A stretch of 64,000 nt of DNA from a virus (lineage: Duplodnaviria; Caudoviricetes), in the IMG/VR virus record IMGVR_UViG_2562617114_000001, positions 13,082-77,081 of that record; one strand, given 5' to 3'. Positions 1 to 9,400 of the stretch are shown here, piece after piece. The first letter of the stretch is position 1. Every line of letters begins with the position of its first letter. The position numbers were made by a program, and so were the translations under genes. The notes under the pieces are model-generated. The model saw only the letters and a list, made by a program, of their open reading frames with translations. It searched no databases and was not told where the DNA came from.

Positions 1-109
1 CAAGACTTCATGAAGGGTAGAGAAGGTATTGATAGACCCCATGAGCTCTTAACGTTTACGCTCTGTGGTTGTCTCAAGCGGTCGATTCAGAAAAACGCGG
101 ACTCCGAAA

Positions 110-880
110 TCAAATCGAGCGCCCGAACCACATGACCCGGCCCGCAACATTGAGCAGATCGACTTCGCCTGAAGTGACTTCTTCCGCGGGGTACTTAGGG
201 TTGTCGCTTATCAGTTGAAGGGAGCCATTCATCCTCCCGTGAATTCGCTTCACCAGAACCATGTCCCCGTAAATCACGACATAGATGGCGTTGTCCTTGA
301 CCCGGTTTATCGAGGTGTCGACGAGCAAGACGTCACCGTCTCGAATTGTCTCCTCCATGCTATCACCGCGGGCGCTGAGGATGCGAGCGGCCGACGGATT
401 GACGCCTTTCGCGCGCAGCCAGTGAGATTGGAAAGCGAGATATTCCAGCGGATCTTCGCCATACGGAACCAACCCGTTCCCCGCTGATGCCTGGACATCA
501 AGACGCGGAATCAATGCGAATTCCTGGGAGCCCCCGACTTCCGTCTGGAAATAGAAGACGTCGCCGTCGGCTTTACCTTGGACGATCGCCGTCACTTCGG
601 ACTCGGCGCCGATTGAAGTCGCTTTATACGCGTCGTCGGGAGTCCCGAACATCAACCAAGCGGGGTCTACATTAAAATGCTGGGCGTATTTGATCGCGGC
701 AAGGCGATCGAATTCGCGCGTACCATTTTCATGCGCTGTGTAGGTGACAATCTTCGTATTGATCCGACGCGCGGCATCCGATGCGGTCTTATCACCTGCT
801 TTTGCCCGGGCAAAACGTAGCCGAGCGTGCGGAGTATCCAACTTCATACTCTCTGAAACTCCTCTTTTGTGTGGCTTCAT
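110..880 (-). CDS. CI-like phage repressor (N-terminal HTH + S24 autopeptidase)
   Basis: N-terminal HTH with NVDPAWLMFG; C-terminal S24 motifs RGDSMEETIRDGDVLLVD (Ser) and VLVKRI (Lys); divergent from a Cro-like gene. True start may be ATG at 847, downstream of GAGGAG. Confidence 0.9.
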   Translation of the reverse strand: MKPHKRGVSESMKLDTPHARLRFARAKAGDKTASDAARRINTKIVTYTAHENGTREFDRLAAIKYAQHFNVDPAWLMFGTPDDAYKATSIGAESEVTAIVQGKADGDVFYFQTEVGGSQEFALIPRLDVQASAGNGLVPYGEDPLEYLAFQSHWLRAKGVNPSAARILSARGDSMEETIRDGDVLLVDTSINRVKDNAIYVVIYGDMVLVKRIHGRMNGSLQLISDNPKYPAEEVTSGEVDLLNVAGRVMWFGRSI

Positions 881-920
881 ACGTTTCGTATTGACCGCAT
901 AAAAATGCGTTCCGTATATA
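879..920 (+). promoter_or_regulatory. CI/Cro switch: two operators plus rightward promoter
   Basis: Palindrome ATACG-TTT-CGTAT at 879-891; variant ATGCG-TTC-CGTAT at 905-917; -35 TTGACC (891-896) with 17-nt spacer to -10-like GTATAT (914-919). Confidence 0.7.
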
Positions 921-948
921 TTACCTCAAATTGGAGACGTAAAGCCAG

Positions 949-1230
949 ATGGAAGCCAAAGAACTTGCGGTAAAAGAAAACGGCTACGAGGCCAAGCTCA
1001 CCGGGGACCAGGTGCGGTTCATCCGCACGATGCTCGGAGAGAGCCAAGCGACCTTCGCAATGCGCTTCGCAGTTCAGCAGCCGGTCATCTTCCGGTTGGA
1101 GAAAAAGCGGACGGTCGAGCAGGGCCCGATCATCATCCTCATCGACATGCTGGCGAAGCAGTTCAGCATCGAGGTGCCGGAGAAGCCCATCCGCCGGCCA
1201 GATCCAGAGCCGGCCGCGGCGGCTGAATGA
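949..1230 (+). CDS. Cro-like HTH regulator
   Basis: LTGDQVRFIRTMLGESQATFAMRFAVQQPVIFRLE is an XRE-type HTH; divergent from the repressor; SD GGAG. Confidence 0.8.
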   Translation: MEAKELAVKENGYEAKLTGDQVRFIRTMLGESQATFAMRFAVQQPVIFRLEKKRTVEQGPIIILIDMLAKQFSIEVPEKPIRRPDPEPAAAAE

Positions 1231-1240
1231 GGCGGTCGCG

Positions 1241-1579
1241 ATGGGGGCGGTACGAGGGAAAGGTTGGACGAGGGAGCGGGACGGCATCCTTCGTGATCTG
1301 GCAGCGAAGGAATTATCCGCGCGCCAGATAGCATCGAAGATGGGGCTCAGTAACGTCCTCGTTTCGAAGCGCATCAAGAAATTGGGCTTGCGTGAGGTGA
1401 CTGAACCCAAGGCGCCACCCCAGCCCAACCACATCATCGATTACAAGCGAGCGCGCCGAGGCTTCCATGTGCCGGCTCATCTCGAGAACCAATACTTCGA
1501 ACTGATCAGGTCCGGAGTGTCCATCGCCGAGGCATGCCGGCGGCTGGAAATCAACGTGCATGCGCCAGCACAGAGGTGA
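1241..1579 (+). CDS. GcrA-like HTH protein
   Basis: WTRERDGILRDLAAKELSARQIASKMG...IKKLGL resembles the GcrA N-terminal domain; second HTH-like segment GVSIAEACRRLEI. Confidence 0.6.
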   Translation: MGAVRGKGWTRERDGILRDLAAKELSARQIASKMGLSNVLVSKRIKKLGLREVTEPKAPPQPNHIIDYKRARRGFHVPAHLENQYFELIRSGVSIAEACRRLEINVHAPAQR

Positions 1580-1582
1580 GAG

Positions 1583-2071
1583 ATGATGAGTAAGGACCAC
1601 AATCAGAAAACAGAACAGGAGCTCCACGAAGAGCGCGTGTTCCTGAACGCGTACACGGATCTGAAGGGCCACAAGTCCGACATGGCGAGCACGAAGGGCG
1701 ACATGGGCGCCATCTACAAGCGCCTGAAGGATCTCGGCTGGTCGAAGGCCGATGTCGAGTTCGCCTTCACGCTCGAAGACAAGGATGTCGGCAAGGTCGT
1801 CGCCGAGTTCGAGCGCCGCATCCGCATCGCAAAGATGTTCGGCCACCAGGTCGGCCGGCAGATCGATCTCCTCGACAAGGATCGGACGCCGCAGGACGAG
1901 CGCGCCTACGAGGAAGGCCTCGCGGCCGGCAAGCTGCGCAAGAGCGCAAGCAATCCGTACCAGCCTGGTTCGGAAGAGTTTCAGCGTTGGCAGGACGGCA
2001 TGAACGAAGGCACCGCCTGGATCAATGCCGAAACTGACAAGGCCGTCAACGGCGAGCAGGCGCCGGACTGA
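1583..2071 (+). CDS. GapR (DUF2312)-like domain fused to an RMF-like C-terminal motif
   Basis: DMGAIYKRLKDLGWSKADVEFAFTLEDKD follows the GapR pattern DIxxVYxxxKxxGF...L...D; AYEEGLAAG...NPY...RWQDG follows the ribosome-modulation-factor-like pattern. Confidence 0.55.
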   Translation: MMSKDHNQKTEQELHEERVFLNAYTDLKGHKSDMASTKGDMGAIYKRLKDLGWSKADVEFAFTLEDKDVGKVVAEFERRIRIAKMFGHQVGRQIDLLDKDRTPQDERAYEEGLAAGKLRKSASNPYQPGSEEFQRWQDGMNEGTAWINAETDKAVNGEQAPD

Positions 2072-2129
2072 TACCACCTGCAGACTACCGACGACCCCCG
2101 GCAACAATGCCACAAGATGGAGAAGACCA

Positions 2130-2315
2130 ATGGAAAAGACGTTTCAGTTCGAGCTCGACGACAAGGTGAAGCTCGAGCTCAGCAACGAGACCGGCATGGT
2201 CATCGGCCGCGCTGAATTCACGACCAAAGACCCCCAATACCTCGTTCGTTACAAGGCTGCCGACGGTCGCCTGGTCGAAGCATGGTGGGATGAGGACGCG
2301 ATCCTCGCGGCCTGA
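2130..2315 (+). CDS. Small hypothetical phage protein (SH3-like beta pattern)
   Basis: ATG at 2130 after GGAGAAG; in operon frame; FELDDKV...TGMVIGRAEF...QYLVRY...WWDE. Confidence 0.6.
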   Translation: MEKTFQFELDDKVKLELSNETGMVIGRAEFTTKDPQYLVRYKAADGRLVEAWWDEDAILAA

Positions 2316-2323
2316 CCCGTGTC

Positions 2324-2704
2324 ATGGCCTACCGCCTCTCACGCTACCAGCAAGCAAGGCTGGATGCCGCATTCGCACGGGCTGATCGCGAGTCGGCGCT
2401 GAGGAAGCAGGACGGGCGCTGCAAGTACTGCCTCTGCAAACTCAACTACAAAAACGTCACCCGGGATCACGTCGTTGCCCGGGCGACAGGTGGCCTAGAC
2501 CACCGAAACAACATCGTCGCGGCCTGTGTCCGGTGCAACCGGCTCAAGGGGTCGATGTCGGTCAAGCTGTTCTTGCGTCTGATCACTCACCCGCTTCCAG
2601 GCGAGCACATGGTCTACCGGATGATCTGGTTCGACCGCCGGCTCAACATCGCGCTCGATGAAATGGAAAAGAACGTGTTCCGCGCTGTGGGGATCAAACA
2701 ATAA
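2324..2704 (+). CDS. HNH endonuclease
   Basis: CKYC...TRDHVVARATGGLDHRNNIVAACVRCNRLKG is a classic HNH/Zn motif. Confidence 0.9.
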   Translation: MAYRLSRYQQARLDAAFARADRESALRKQDGRCKYCLCKLNYKNVTRDHVVARATGGLDHRNNIVAACVRCNRLKGSMSVKLFLRLITHPLPGEHMVYRMIWFDRRLNIALDEMEKNVFRAVGIKQ

Positions 2705-3303
2705 TGCGACTGCTTGCTTACGGAGGTCTGGCTAACTGGCCGTTCGGCGATCTGATGCCGGGCAGCTTTGATTTCATGATGGTGGACTATCCGTGGCAGC
2801 AGGAGATGTACTCCAAGCGCGGTGAGAAGAAGGCGCCGCAGGGCAAATACAAAACCATGACGGTCGAGGAAGGCCTTTCCCTTCCAGTCATGGACCTTGC
2901 GGCGCCTAACACCGTCATGTGGATGTGGGCCATCAACCCAATGCTCGATCAGGCCTTCATCCTCATGAAGGGGTGGGGCTTCGAGTTCAAGACCGCCGGC
3001 ACCTGGCTGAAGACCACGAAGCACGGGAAGATCCATTTCGGTACCGGCTATATCCTTCGCGGCAGCAACGAACCGTTTCTGATCGGGACGCGTGGCAACC
3101 CGAAGACGTCGAAGAGCGTCCGCTCCGGCTTCACCGGATTGGCACGTCGTCATTCTGAAAAGCCTGAAGAGGCATTCGTTGCAGCTGAAAAGCTGATGCC
3201 GAACGCCAACCGCCTCGAGCTGTTCAGCCGCACCGATCGGCCGGGCTGGCAGTCGTGGGGTGACGAAGCTGGCAAGTTCAACCCGCTCGAGGTGGCGGCA
3301 TGA
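2704..3303 (+). CDS. MT-A70 family DNA adenine methyltransferase
   Basis: DYPW variant of the DPPW motif; WGFEFKT...W.KT...GTGY.LRGSNE, HSEKP and LELFSR, all typical of MT-A70. Confidence 0.85.
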   Translation: MRLLAYGGLANWPFGDLMPGSFDFMMVDYPWQQEMYSKRGEKKAPQGKYKTMTVEEGLSLPVMDLAAPNTVMWMWAINPMLDQAFILMKGWGFEFKTAGTWLKTTKHGKIHFGTGYILRGSNEPFLIGTRGNPKTSKSVRSGFTGLARRHSEKPEEAFVAAEKLMPNANRLELFSRTDRPGWQSWGDEAGKFNPLEVAA

Positions 3304-3944
3304 AGAACGCGGCCATCTTCCTCTGCGACACGACCGGCATCATGGCCCGGCCATGGGCCGAGGCCGGCGTCGAATGCTACTGCGTCGATATCCAGAACGG
3401 GTTCAAGCGCAGCAAGGCGATCGGCAACCTCCATTTCGTGTGGGGTGATGTCCGCAGCTGGACGCCGCCGCGCCGCAAGATCCTGTTTGTCGCGGCCTTC
3501 CCGCCGTGCACGCACGTTGCCAACAGCGGCAGCCAGCATTTCGAGCAGAAGGGCGGGGTAATGCTGCGCGATGCGCTCGAGGTGTTCGAGGCGTGCCGCA
3601 TGGCGGCCGCGTGGTCGGGCGCTCCCTACTGCATTGAGAACCCGAAGGGGTTCCTGTCGAACGTGCCGCACATCGGCAAGCCCGACTACATGTTCCACCC
3701 TTGGCAATTCGCCGGGTACCACAGCGCCGATCATTACACCAAGGAAACGCATCTCTGGACCGGCAATGGTTTCGTCATGCCGCTTCACCGGCCTTACTAC
3801 GAGAACGCGACGCCTCCGGACAATCGCATCCACATGGCCGCCGGCTCCGGTTTCCGCGGCGATGCCCGAAGCAAGACGCCGATCGGCTTCTCCCGTGCCG
3901 TGTTCGACGCCAACGCGCCAGCATCAATCAGGAGAGCAGCATGA
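3300..3944 (+). CDS. Small C5-cytosine methyltransferase-like protein
   Basis: FLCDTTG SAM-binding-like start; FPPCT catalytic PC; IENP motif; YTKETHLW; RSKTP.GF. Confidence 0.75.
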   Translation: MKNAAIFLCDTTGIMARPWAEAGVECYCVDIQNGFKRSKAIGNLHFVWGDVRSWTPPRRKILFVAAFPPCTHVANSGSQHFEQKGGVMLRDALEVFEACRMAAAWSGAPYCIENPKGFLSNVPHIGKPDYMFHPWQFAGYHSADHYTKETHLWTGNGFVMPLHRPYYENATPPDNRIHMAAGSGFRGDARSKTPIGFSRAVFDANAPASIRRAA

Positions 3945-4540
3945 ATTACGATCCCAAGGGCGCTCCCGGTTCATATTTCGTCTTCGATCCAGGTCGGACC
4001 ACGGGCTTCGCTTACTGCCTCGCCGGTGGCGAGCGGATGCGAAGCGGCACCTGGCGCTTCAAGCAGGAGTCGCCGGGCGCGGCCTACGCCGAGTTCGTCG
4101 GATACCTGAAGCGCATGTTGACGGGGCTGCCTGACCCGCTGGTTGGCATCGAACTTATGACCGTCGTCGACCATGGCGAAAACGGGAAGTCAGCGATCGA
4201 CGCTCAGCAGGTGATGTTCTCGTCAGGCTGGCCGACCCATGCGCAGACGCTTTGCCACACGATGGGCCTGCGCGAGCCGCAGCTGATCGCCATCTCGACC
4301 TGGCGTTCGAAAACTCATCGCAAGATGCGGGTGCCGGACAGCATGAAGAACTTCAAGCAGGCCGATAAGTCGAAGTGGTTGAAGCAGCAGGCCAAGGACT
4401 ACTGCGACCGGCAGGGCTGGGGCTACAACTCAGAAGACGAGGCGGAAGCGCTCTGCATGCTCGACGCTCTGCGCATGATGCACGAGCCGTCATATGCCTT
4501 CGACAAGGGCGCGTCCTACCAGCAGGAGTCGTTCCTGTGA
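3941..4540 (+). CDS. RuvC-like resolvase/nuclease
   Basis: FVFDPGRTTGFAY (first Asp), VGIE (Glu) and C-terminal EDEAEAL; ATGA overlap with the upstream gene. Confidence 0.7.
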   Translation: MNYDPKGAPGSYFVFDPGRTTGFAYCLAGGERMRSGTWRFKQESPGAAYAEFVGYLKRMLTGLPDPLVGIELMTVVDHGENGKSAIDAQQVMFSSGWPTHAQTLCHTMGLREPQLIAISTWRSKTHRKMRVPDSMKNFKQADKSKWLKQQAKDYCDRQGWGYNSEDEAEALCMLDALRMMHEPSYAFDKGASYQQESFL

Positions 4541-4863
4541 CAGGTCGTATTCCGTGCATCAACCCCTGCTGCAAGCGCACGGCCTCGGCTGAGAAATACA
4601 GCTACGAGATCATTTGCGGGAAGTGCTTCCGCAATCTGCCAGTCGAGATGCGCAACACGCACCGCTTCTACTGGCGGCAGCTCCGCAAATGGGAGCGCCG
4701 CATCACCAAGACCACCGACGAGCTCAAGCGCGAACGCATGAAGCCGATCTGCAACATGTGGTCGGACAAAATTACCCGCCATTGGGACGAGCAAATCAAG
4801 GCGACCTTCAGCAGCGAGAAGCCCGAAGGCATCGACGCCTTCCTCGAAGAAATGGGCCTGTAA
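4537..4863 (+). CDS. Hypothetical Zn-finger protein
   Basis: GTG at 4537 overlaps the upstream stop; CINPCC...ICGKC. Confidence 0.55.
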   Translation: MTGRIPCINPCCKRTASAEKYSYEIICGKCFRNLPVEMRNTHRFYWRQLRKWERRITKTTDELKRERMKPICNMWSDKITRHWDEQIKATFSSEKPEGIDAFLEEMGL

Positions 4864-5960
4864 TGCGATTCACAGATCAGTTTCTCGACGACCTCCGCGA
4901 GCGCGTGTCTATATCCGATGTGGTCGGTACCCGTGTGACGTGGGAACGGTCGAAGACCCGGCCGCAGCGGGGCGACTATTGGGGGTGCTGCCCGTTCCAC
5001 GGCGAGTCGCGCCCGTCCTTCCACTGCGAGGATAAGAAGGGCCGGTACCACTGCTTCGGTTGCGGCGCGTCGGGCAACCACTTCAAATTCTTCATGGACC
5101 TGGATGGCGTGACGTTCCCGCGCGCCGTCGAAATCGTGGCTTCGTTGGCTGGCGTCAGCTTACCGGGATCGGAAGAGACCGCGGATGAAAAACGCGAGCG
5201 CATGAAGCGAGAGGCAGATCGCGCGCGCCGTAACGTCCAGAAGGAAGCTGACGACCGCCGCGAGCAGGAGCGCAAGGCGGAGTCGGTGCGCTCTATTTGG
5301 GAGGGAGGCGTCGCGATCGCCGGCACGCTCGCAGAAACCTACCTCCGCACCCGATCGATCGAGCTGGCCGACTTTCCTGCCGGCATGGCGTGGATGCCGA
5401 GCCTTCGCTTTCACTCGCGCCTCAAGTTGGGCACGGAGCGGCACCCGGCGCTGATCGGCGGGGTTCAGAGCAAGAGCCGGAAGCTGGTCGCCGTGTGGCG
5501 CATCTTCCTTGGTCCGGACGGCAAGGCCATTTCCGATAAGGAAGGCAAGAAGGTGAAGCTCGGCTTCGGCCCGGCGACCGGTGGAGCGGTGCGGCTTGGC
5601 CCGGTAACGGAGACGCTGCGCCTCACGGAAGGCATCGAGACCGGGCTGGGCGTCATGCTGCTGACTAAGCCGAACGCCTCGACGTGGGCCACACTTTCCA
5701 CCTCCGGCATGATGAATTTCGAAATCCCCGAGGGCGTCAAGCGCCTCGAGATCTACGCGGATGGTGATCGCCACCGCCTCAATAACAAGACGGGCGACCT
5801 GATGGAGCCGCCCGGAATCGTCGCGGCGAAGAAACTCCAGGAACGTGCAAGGCAAGAAGGCGTCGAGGCGGTCGTGCACCCGTCGCCTGAACCTGACGAC
5901 TGGCTGGACGTATGGGTTCAAAGGAAGAAAGATGAGCAACGCATCTCCCACTATCGGTAA
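4863..5960 (+). CDS. DNA primase (CHC2 zinc finger + Toprim)
   Basis: WGCCPFHGESRPSF...YHCFGCGASG zinc finger; LTEGIETGL and IYADGD Toprim motifs. Confidence 0.9.
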   Translation: MRFTDQFLDDLRERVSISDVVGTRVTWERSKTRPQRGDYWGCCPFHGESRPSFHCEDKKGRYHCFGCGASGNHFKFFMDLDGVTFPRAVEIVASLAGVSLPGSEETADEKRERMKREADRARRNVQKEADDRREQERKAESVRSIWEGGVAIAGTLAETYLRTRSIELADFPAGMAWMPSLRFHSRLKLGTERHPALIGGVQSKSRKLVAVWRIFLGPDGKAISDKEGKKVKLGFGPATGGAVRLGPVTETLRLTEGIETGLGVMLLTKPNASTWATLSTSGMMNFEIPEGVKRLEIYADGDRHRLNNKTGDLMEPPGIVAAKKLQERARQEGVEAVVHPSPEPDDWLDVWVQRKKDEQRISHYR

Positions 5961-7347
5961 CCTCAAGCTCGAGCAGTTGGTGCTCGGCTGCATCCTCCTC
6001 AACGAGGAGAACTACTGGCACGTCTCTGAAATTCTGACGATCGAGCTGTTCGCATCCGAAGACCACCAGAAGATCTTTGCCATTATTCATGAGCTGGCAT
6101 GCGACGGCCGCGCTATCCGGGTTCCGATCGTCGCCGGCCGCATCGGCAGCCTCAGCGAGGATAAAGACCCAGAAGCGTATGTGTCGATGCTGCTGCATGT
6201 GGCATCGCGCGAGGAAGGCATCCCGCTCCAGGACTACGCCTATGAACTGCGCTCGTCCGCGACCAGGCGCAAGGTGATCGCGCTCGCCGAAAACATGATC
6301 AAGACGGCGAACGACCTGAAGTACGACCCGGACCAGATCGTTGACCGGGCATCGGAACGCCTGGCTGATATCTCCCGGGCGTCGGCGATCGAGCACGAGT
6401 CGACCGTGTCCAGCACCATCGGCCAAGTGGTGAAAATGGCGGGCGATAGCAGCAGCTCAATGGCAATCCGCCCCTGCTTGAATGGCTTGGAGAAGATGAT
6501 CGGCTCGCTGGCGACGGGCTCTCTCGTTTTGTGGGGTGGAGCGCCCGGCTCTGGCAAGACCGCAATGGCGATGCAGCAGATGCTGTTCTCGAGCACCATC
6601 CACCCGACATCGCTGTTCGAATTGGAGATGGATAACCGGTCTCTGGTGGTGCGCTCGGTCGCTGGTGAAACCGGCGTTTCCATGCGCGACATCATGCGCG
6701 GCCTGAACGATGATCAGTTCGAGGCGCTGATAGCAGCACAGCGCTCGTTCGCGAACCGCAAGCTGAACATCGTAGCACCGTCGAAGATGACGATCCAACA
6801 GATCCGCAGCCGGGCCTATGCGCACAAACGAAAGTTCGGCCTGGATCTTCTTGCTGTCGACCACCTGAAGCTGGTGGATCGGCCGAGCAAGACGCGCATG
6901 GACCCGGTCGAGCGCGCCTATGAAAACGCTCGCGACCTAAAGGCCCTCGCGAAGGATCTCAATTGCTGCGTCATCGGGCTCTGCCAGTTCACCAAGGCGG
7001 CGCGTCAGAAGGAACAGCCGGAGCCTGAGATGGAAGACTTCTATGGCGGCTCGCTCGAGGAGCACGCTGACCTGATGCTCGCCAACTTCAATCGAAACGA
7101 CTGGCATAAGCGCAATCCCCCGATGACCAACAAAGGCAACCTGAAGGAGGAGTGGGACCGCAAGGTGCAGAGCACCGCAGGAAAGATCGAAGTCTACAAA
7201 TTGAAGGACCGCTTCGGGTCGCCACGCGATCGGCACATCTTCGATTGGGACGGGAAGATCACGCAATTCAAGGACCAAGTTTTCGAAACGCAGACCTCGT
7301 TCCTCTCGCAGGACGAGCGTGAGTTCGACCTGGGAGCAACCGCATGA
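5932..7347 (+). CDS. DnaB-like replicative helicase
   Basis: N-terminal EQLVLGCILL; Walker A GGAPGSGKT; LAVDHLKL; LKALAKDLNCCVIGLCQ; GSLEEHAD. Confidence 0.92.
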   Translation: MSNASPTIGNLKLEQLVLGCILLNEENYWHVSEILTIELFASEDHQKIFAIIHELACDGRAIRVPIVAGRIGSLSEDKDPEAYVSMLLHVASREEGIPLQDYAYELRSSATRRKVIALAENMIKTANDLKYDPDQIVDRASERLADISRASAIEHESTVSSTIGQVVKMAGDSSSSMAIRPCLNGLEKMIGSLATGSLVLWGGAPGSGKTAMAMQQMLFSSTIHPTSLFELEMDNRSLVVRSVAGETGVSMRDIMRGLNDDQFEALIAAQRSFANRKLNIVAPSKMTIQQIRSRAYAHKRKFGLDLLAVDHLKLVDRPSKTRMDPVERAYENARDLKALAKDLNCCVIGLCQFTKAARQKEQPEPEMEDFYGGSLEEHADLMLANFNRNDWHKRNPPMTNKGNLKEEWDRKVQSTAGKIEVYKLKDRFGSPRDRHIFDWDGKITQFKDQVFETQTSFLSQDEREFDLGATA

Positions 7348-7796
7348 ACGACTTTTCTTACGAGCTTGAAACCGTCGCCACCGTCGGCACTTTCGCGAAG
7401 CTTCGGACATCGAGGGACGGAGAGCTCAAGCCCATCCTCGAAAGGGGCGGCCGGCCGAAAATCTACAAGAGCAGGACCGAGGCAATCCAAGATCTGCTCG
7501 ACCACATCGTCGCCTACATCAACGGCCGCCTGGTCCGTGATGGCGAAATAGCCGGAGAGACGGCAGCAGAAGCGGAGGCGGTATTCAAGGCGCCGCTCCG
7601 GCAGAAGGGGAAAACCCGGGTGATCACAGTAGCTTACAAGGGGCGAGGCGATGGGGAAGACAAAGCACAGCGACAGCAGCATCTACGTGGTGTGGGTTCT
7701 ATGGCTGATCGGGATGTCGGAGAAGAAGATCGGCCTCGTCGCGTCGAAGGGCGGCAAGCAGGTGTCCGGCATCGTATCTCGCTCCCCCTACGCTAA
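7344..7796 (+). CDS. Hypothetical protein
   Basis: ATGA overlap with the helicase; the 3' part overlaps the next ORF by ~146 nt. Confidence 0.55.
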   Translation: MNDFSYELETVATVGTFAKLRTSRDGELKPILERGGRPKIYKSRTEAIQDLLDHIVAYINGRLVRDGEIAGETAAEAEAVFKAPLRQKGKTRVITVAYKGRGDGEDKAQRQQHLRGVGSMADRDVGEEDRPRRVEGRQAGVRHRISLPLR

Positions 7797-7956
7797 CCGA
7801 TCGGCGATGAGCGACGACCAAAGGCAGAAGGCGCTCGACGAACTGGCGTCGGTGCGCGTCGGCGAGGACGGGAAGAAGATGGACGGCGGCATCCTCGACC
7901 GCATTCCAATGAAGATCATTCCGCTGCAGGGGCGGCAGCTGAAAAGGAGCAAATGA
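7651..7956 (+). CDS. Hypothetical HTH-like protein
   Basis: SD-like GGCGAGG; GMSEKKIG...KQVSGIVSRS looks like an HTH. Confidence 0.55.
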   Translation: MGKTKHSDSSIYVVWVLWLIGMSEKKIGLVASKGGKQVSGIVSRSPYANRSAMSDDQRQKALDELASVRVGEDGKKMDGGILDRIPMKIIPLQGRQLKRSK

Positions 7957-7957
7957 A

Positions 7958-8779
7958 GTGGCAACGGGACAAGGCATTCTCGAGAGACTGAAGCGCGCGA
8001 GGGAGATGCCGCCGGCCGACACGAAGGCCGGAGTCCTTCCGCTCGTCGCCTTCTATGGCCGCGATCAGCAGCAGGAGGAATTGCGCAACCGCTTCTACTC
8101 CGCAATGGAACGGGCGATGGCATTCCGAGAGGACGACTTCCCGGACCAGATGGGCGGCGGAAAGAAACCGCACTGGACATTGGTCGACCTTCGCGATGCG
8201 ATCGCGGTGGTCAATGCCAACTCCAGCCCGATCGAGTTCCTGGTATCGCGCGGGGAGATGCAGACGGGCAGGGATCTCGAGGGGATGGGTGGTGTTCGCT
8301 TCCACACTGCACTTCGCCTGCGCGATCTCATCGACGGGGCCAGGGTGAACGGCATGAAGTCGCCGAACCTCGAGGGTGGCGGCGGAGGGGGCGGCAAGTC
8401 GGCCGACATCCGCGGCTATCAGCTCGACTGCATCAAGCTCCTCGGCCGGGTGAAGGCCGACATGCCGGAGCAATGGATATTCCCCATGCTCGAGTCGGTA
8501 GTGTTCATGGATGAATGGATGGACCTTTGGCCGGTGACCGATGGTCCGGTAGCGAGGAGGGAGGCGCTGAGGAAGCGGCGGCTGAAGACAATTCAGGCCC
8601 TCCACTTCGCTCTCGATCGAGCAAGCCTTAGCCTGGGGTATATGCAGGAGAATGATTTCAGGCAGCGGTGGGGTCTTGACGCACCAGCCCAGCCTTACGC
8701 AGCTCGTCGTCATACTCAGGCGTCCACGGCTTCAAACCAGCTCGGACTGCTGACATCGCAAGGCGCTCGGAAACGGTGA
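7958..8779 (+). CDS. DUF6456-like putative transcriptional regulator
   Basis: SPIEFLVSRG, ALRLRDL and LHFALDRASLSLGY resemble the DUF6456 pattern; last gene of the replication operon. Confidence 0.5.
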   Translation: MATGQGILERLKRAREMPPADTKAGVLPLVAFYGRDQQQEELRNRFYSAMERAMAFREDDFPDQMGGGKKPHWTLVDLRDAIAVVNANSSPIEFLVSRGEMQTGRDLEGMGGVRFHTALRLRDLIDGARVNGMKSPNLEGGGGGGGKSADIRGYQLDCIKLLGRVKADMPEQWIFPMLESVVFMDEWMDLWPVTDGPVARREALRKRRLKTIQALHFALDRASLSLGYMQENDFRQRWGLDAPAQPYAARRHTQASTASNQLGLLTSQGARKR

Positions 8780-8918
8780 GCTCTCGCTTGCCGGTGGAGA
8801 TCAGGCTGACAGTGTTGCTGCCAGTGATACCCATCAGCTCGGCGGCCTGGCTGATTTGCCGGCCGTTGAAGCCGAGCCGGGCAACCCATACCCTGAAGTC
8901 GTTTATTGCAGTCTTCAT
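8658..8918 (-). CDS. Small XRE-like HTH protein
   Basis: ATG at 8918 after AGGAGG; FRVWVARLGFNGRQISQAAELMGITGSNTVSLISTGKREL. Confidence 0.7.
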   Translation of the reverse strand: MKTAINDFRVWVARLGFNGRQISQAAELMGITGSNTVSLISTGKRELTVSERLAMSAVRAGLKPWTPEYDDELRKAGLVRQDPTAA

Positions 8919-9364
8919 GTTTCCTCCTGCATGTCCTGGGTAACCTTTTCGGCGACATCGAAGTTGGCCTTGTTCACCACCAGCAGCTTGGCAAGAACGT
9001 GGACGGAGTGCGGGATGTCCTGCTCTCCGTCCAGCCATTTCATGACCCTGCTTTGCGGCACGCCGCAGATCTCCGCGAAGTAGGTGGGGGTCGTATTCAT
9101 CTCGTCAATGAGCACAGCCAGCTCGGCGCCGGTCAGCCGGATGTAGCCGCCGGCCTTCCTGGTATCTATCGTGCGGCTTTCGTAGAGGCGGATGACCGCC
9201 TCCATCGCCGCAATTTCCGCCATCCGCTCGTCGTCGAAGGTGCGGACGCCGTTGTCGTCTCGTACCAAGTCAGGGATCAGCCCGGGTAAGGCGAACTGGC
9301 CGGCGAACCGGCCGTTGCGGGGTAATGCCTTGGCTATAAGGCGGGAGGCAGGCTTGATGCTCAT
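8915..9364 (-). CDS. Protein with C-terminal HTH
   Basis: LIDEMNTTPTYFAEICGVPQSRVMKWLDGEQDIP; ATGA overlap with the downstream gene. Confidence 0.65.
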   Translation of the reverse strand: MSIKPASRLIAKALPRNGRFAGQFALPGLIPDLVRDDNGVRTFDDERMAEIAAMEAVIRLYESRTIDTRKAGGYIRLTGAELAVLIDEMNTTPTYFAEICGVPQSRVMKWLDGEQDIPHSVHVLAKLLVVNKANFDVAEKVTQDMQEET

Positions 9365-9400
9365 GGTGATCCCTGTGTTCTGCAGCATGTCTGCTTTCTC

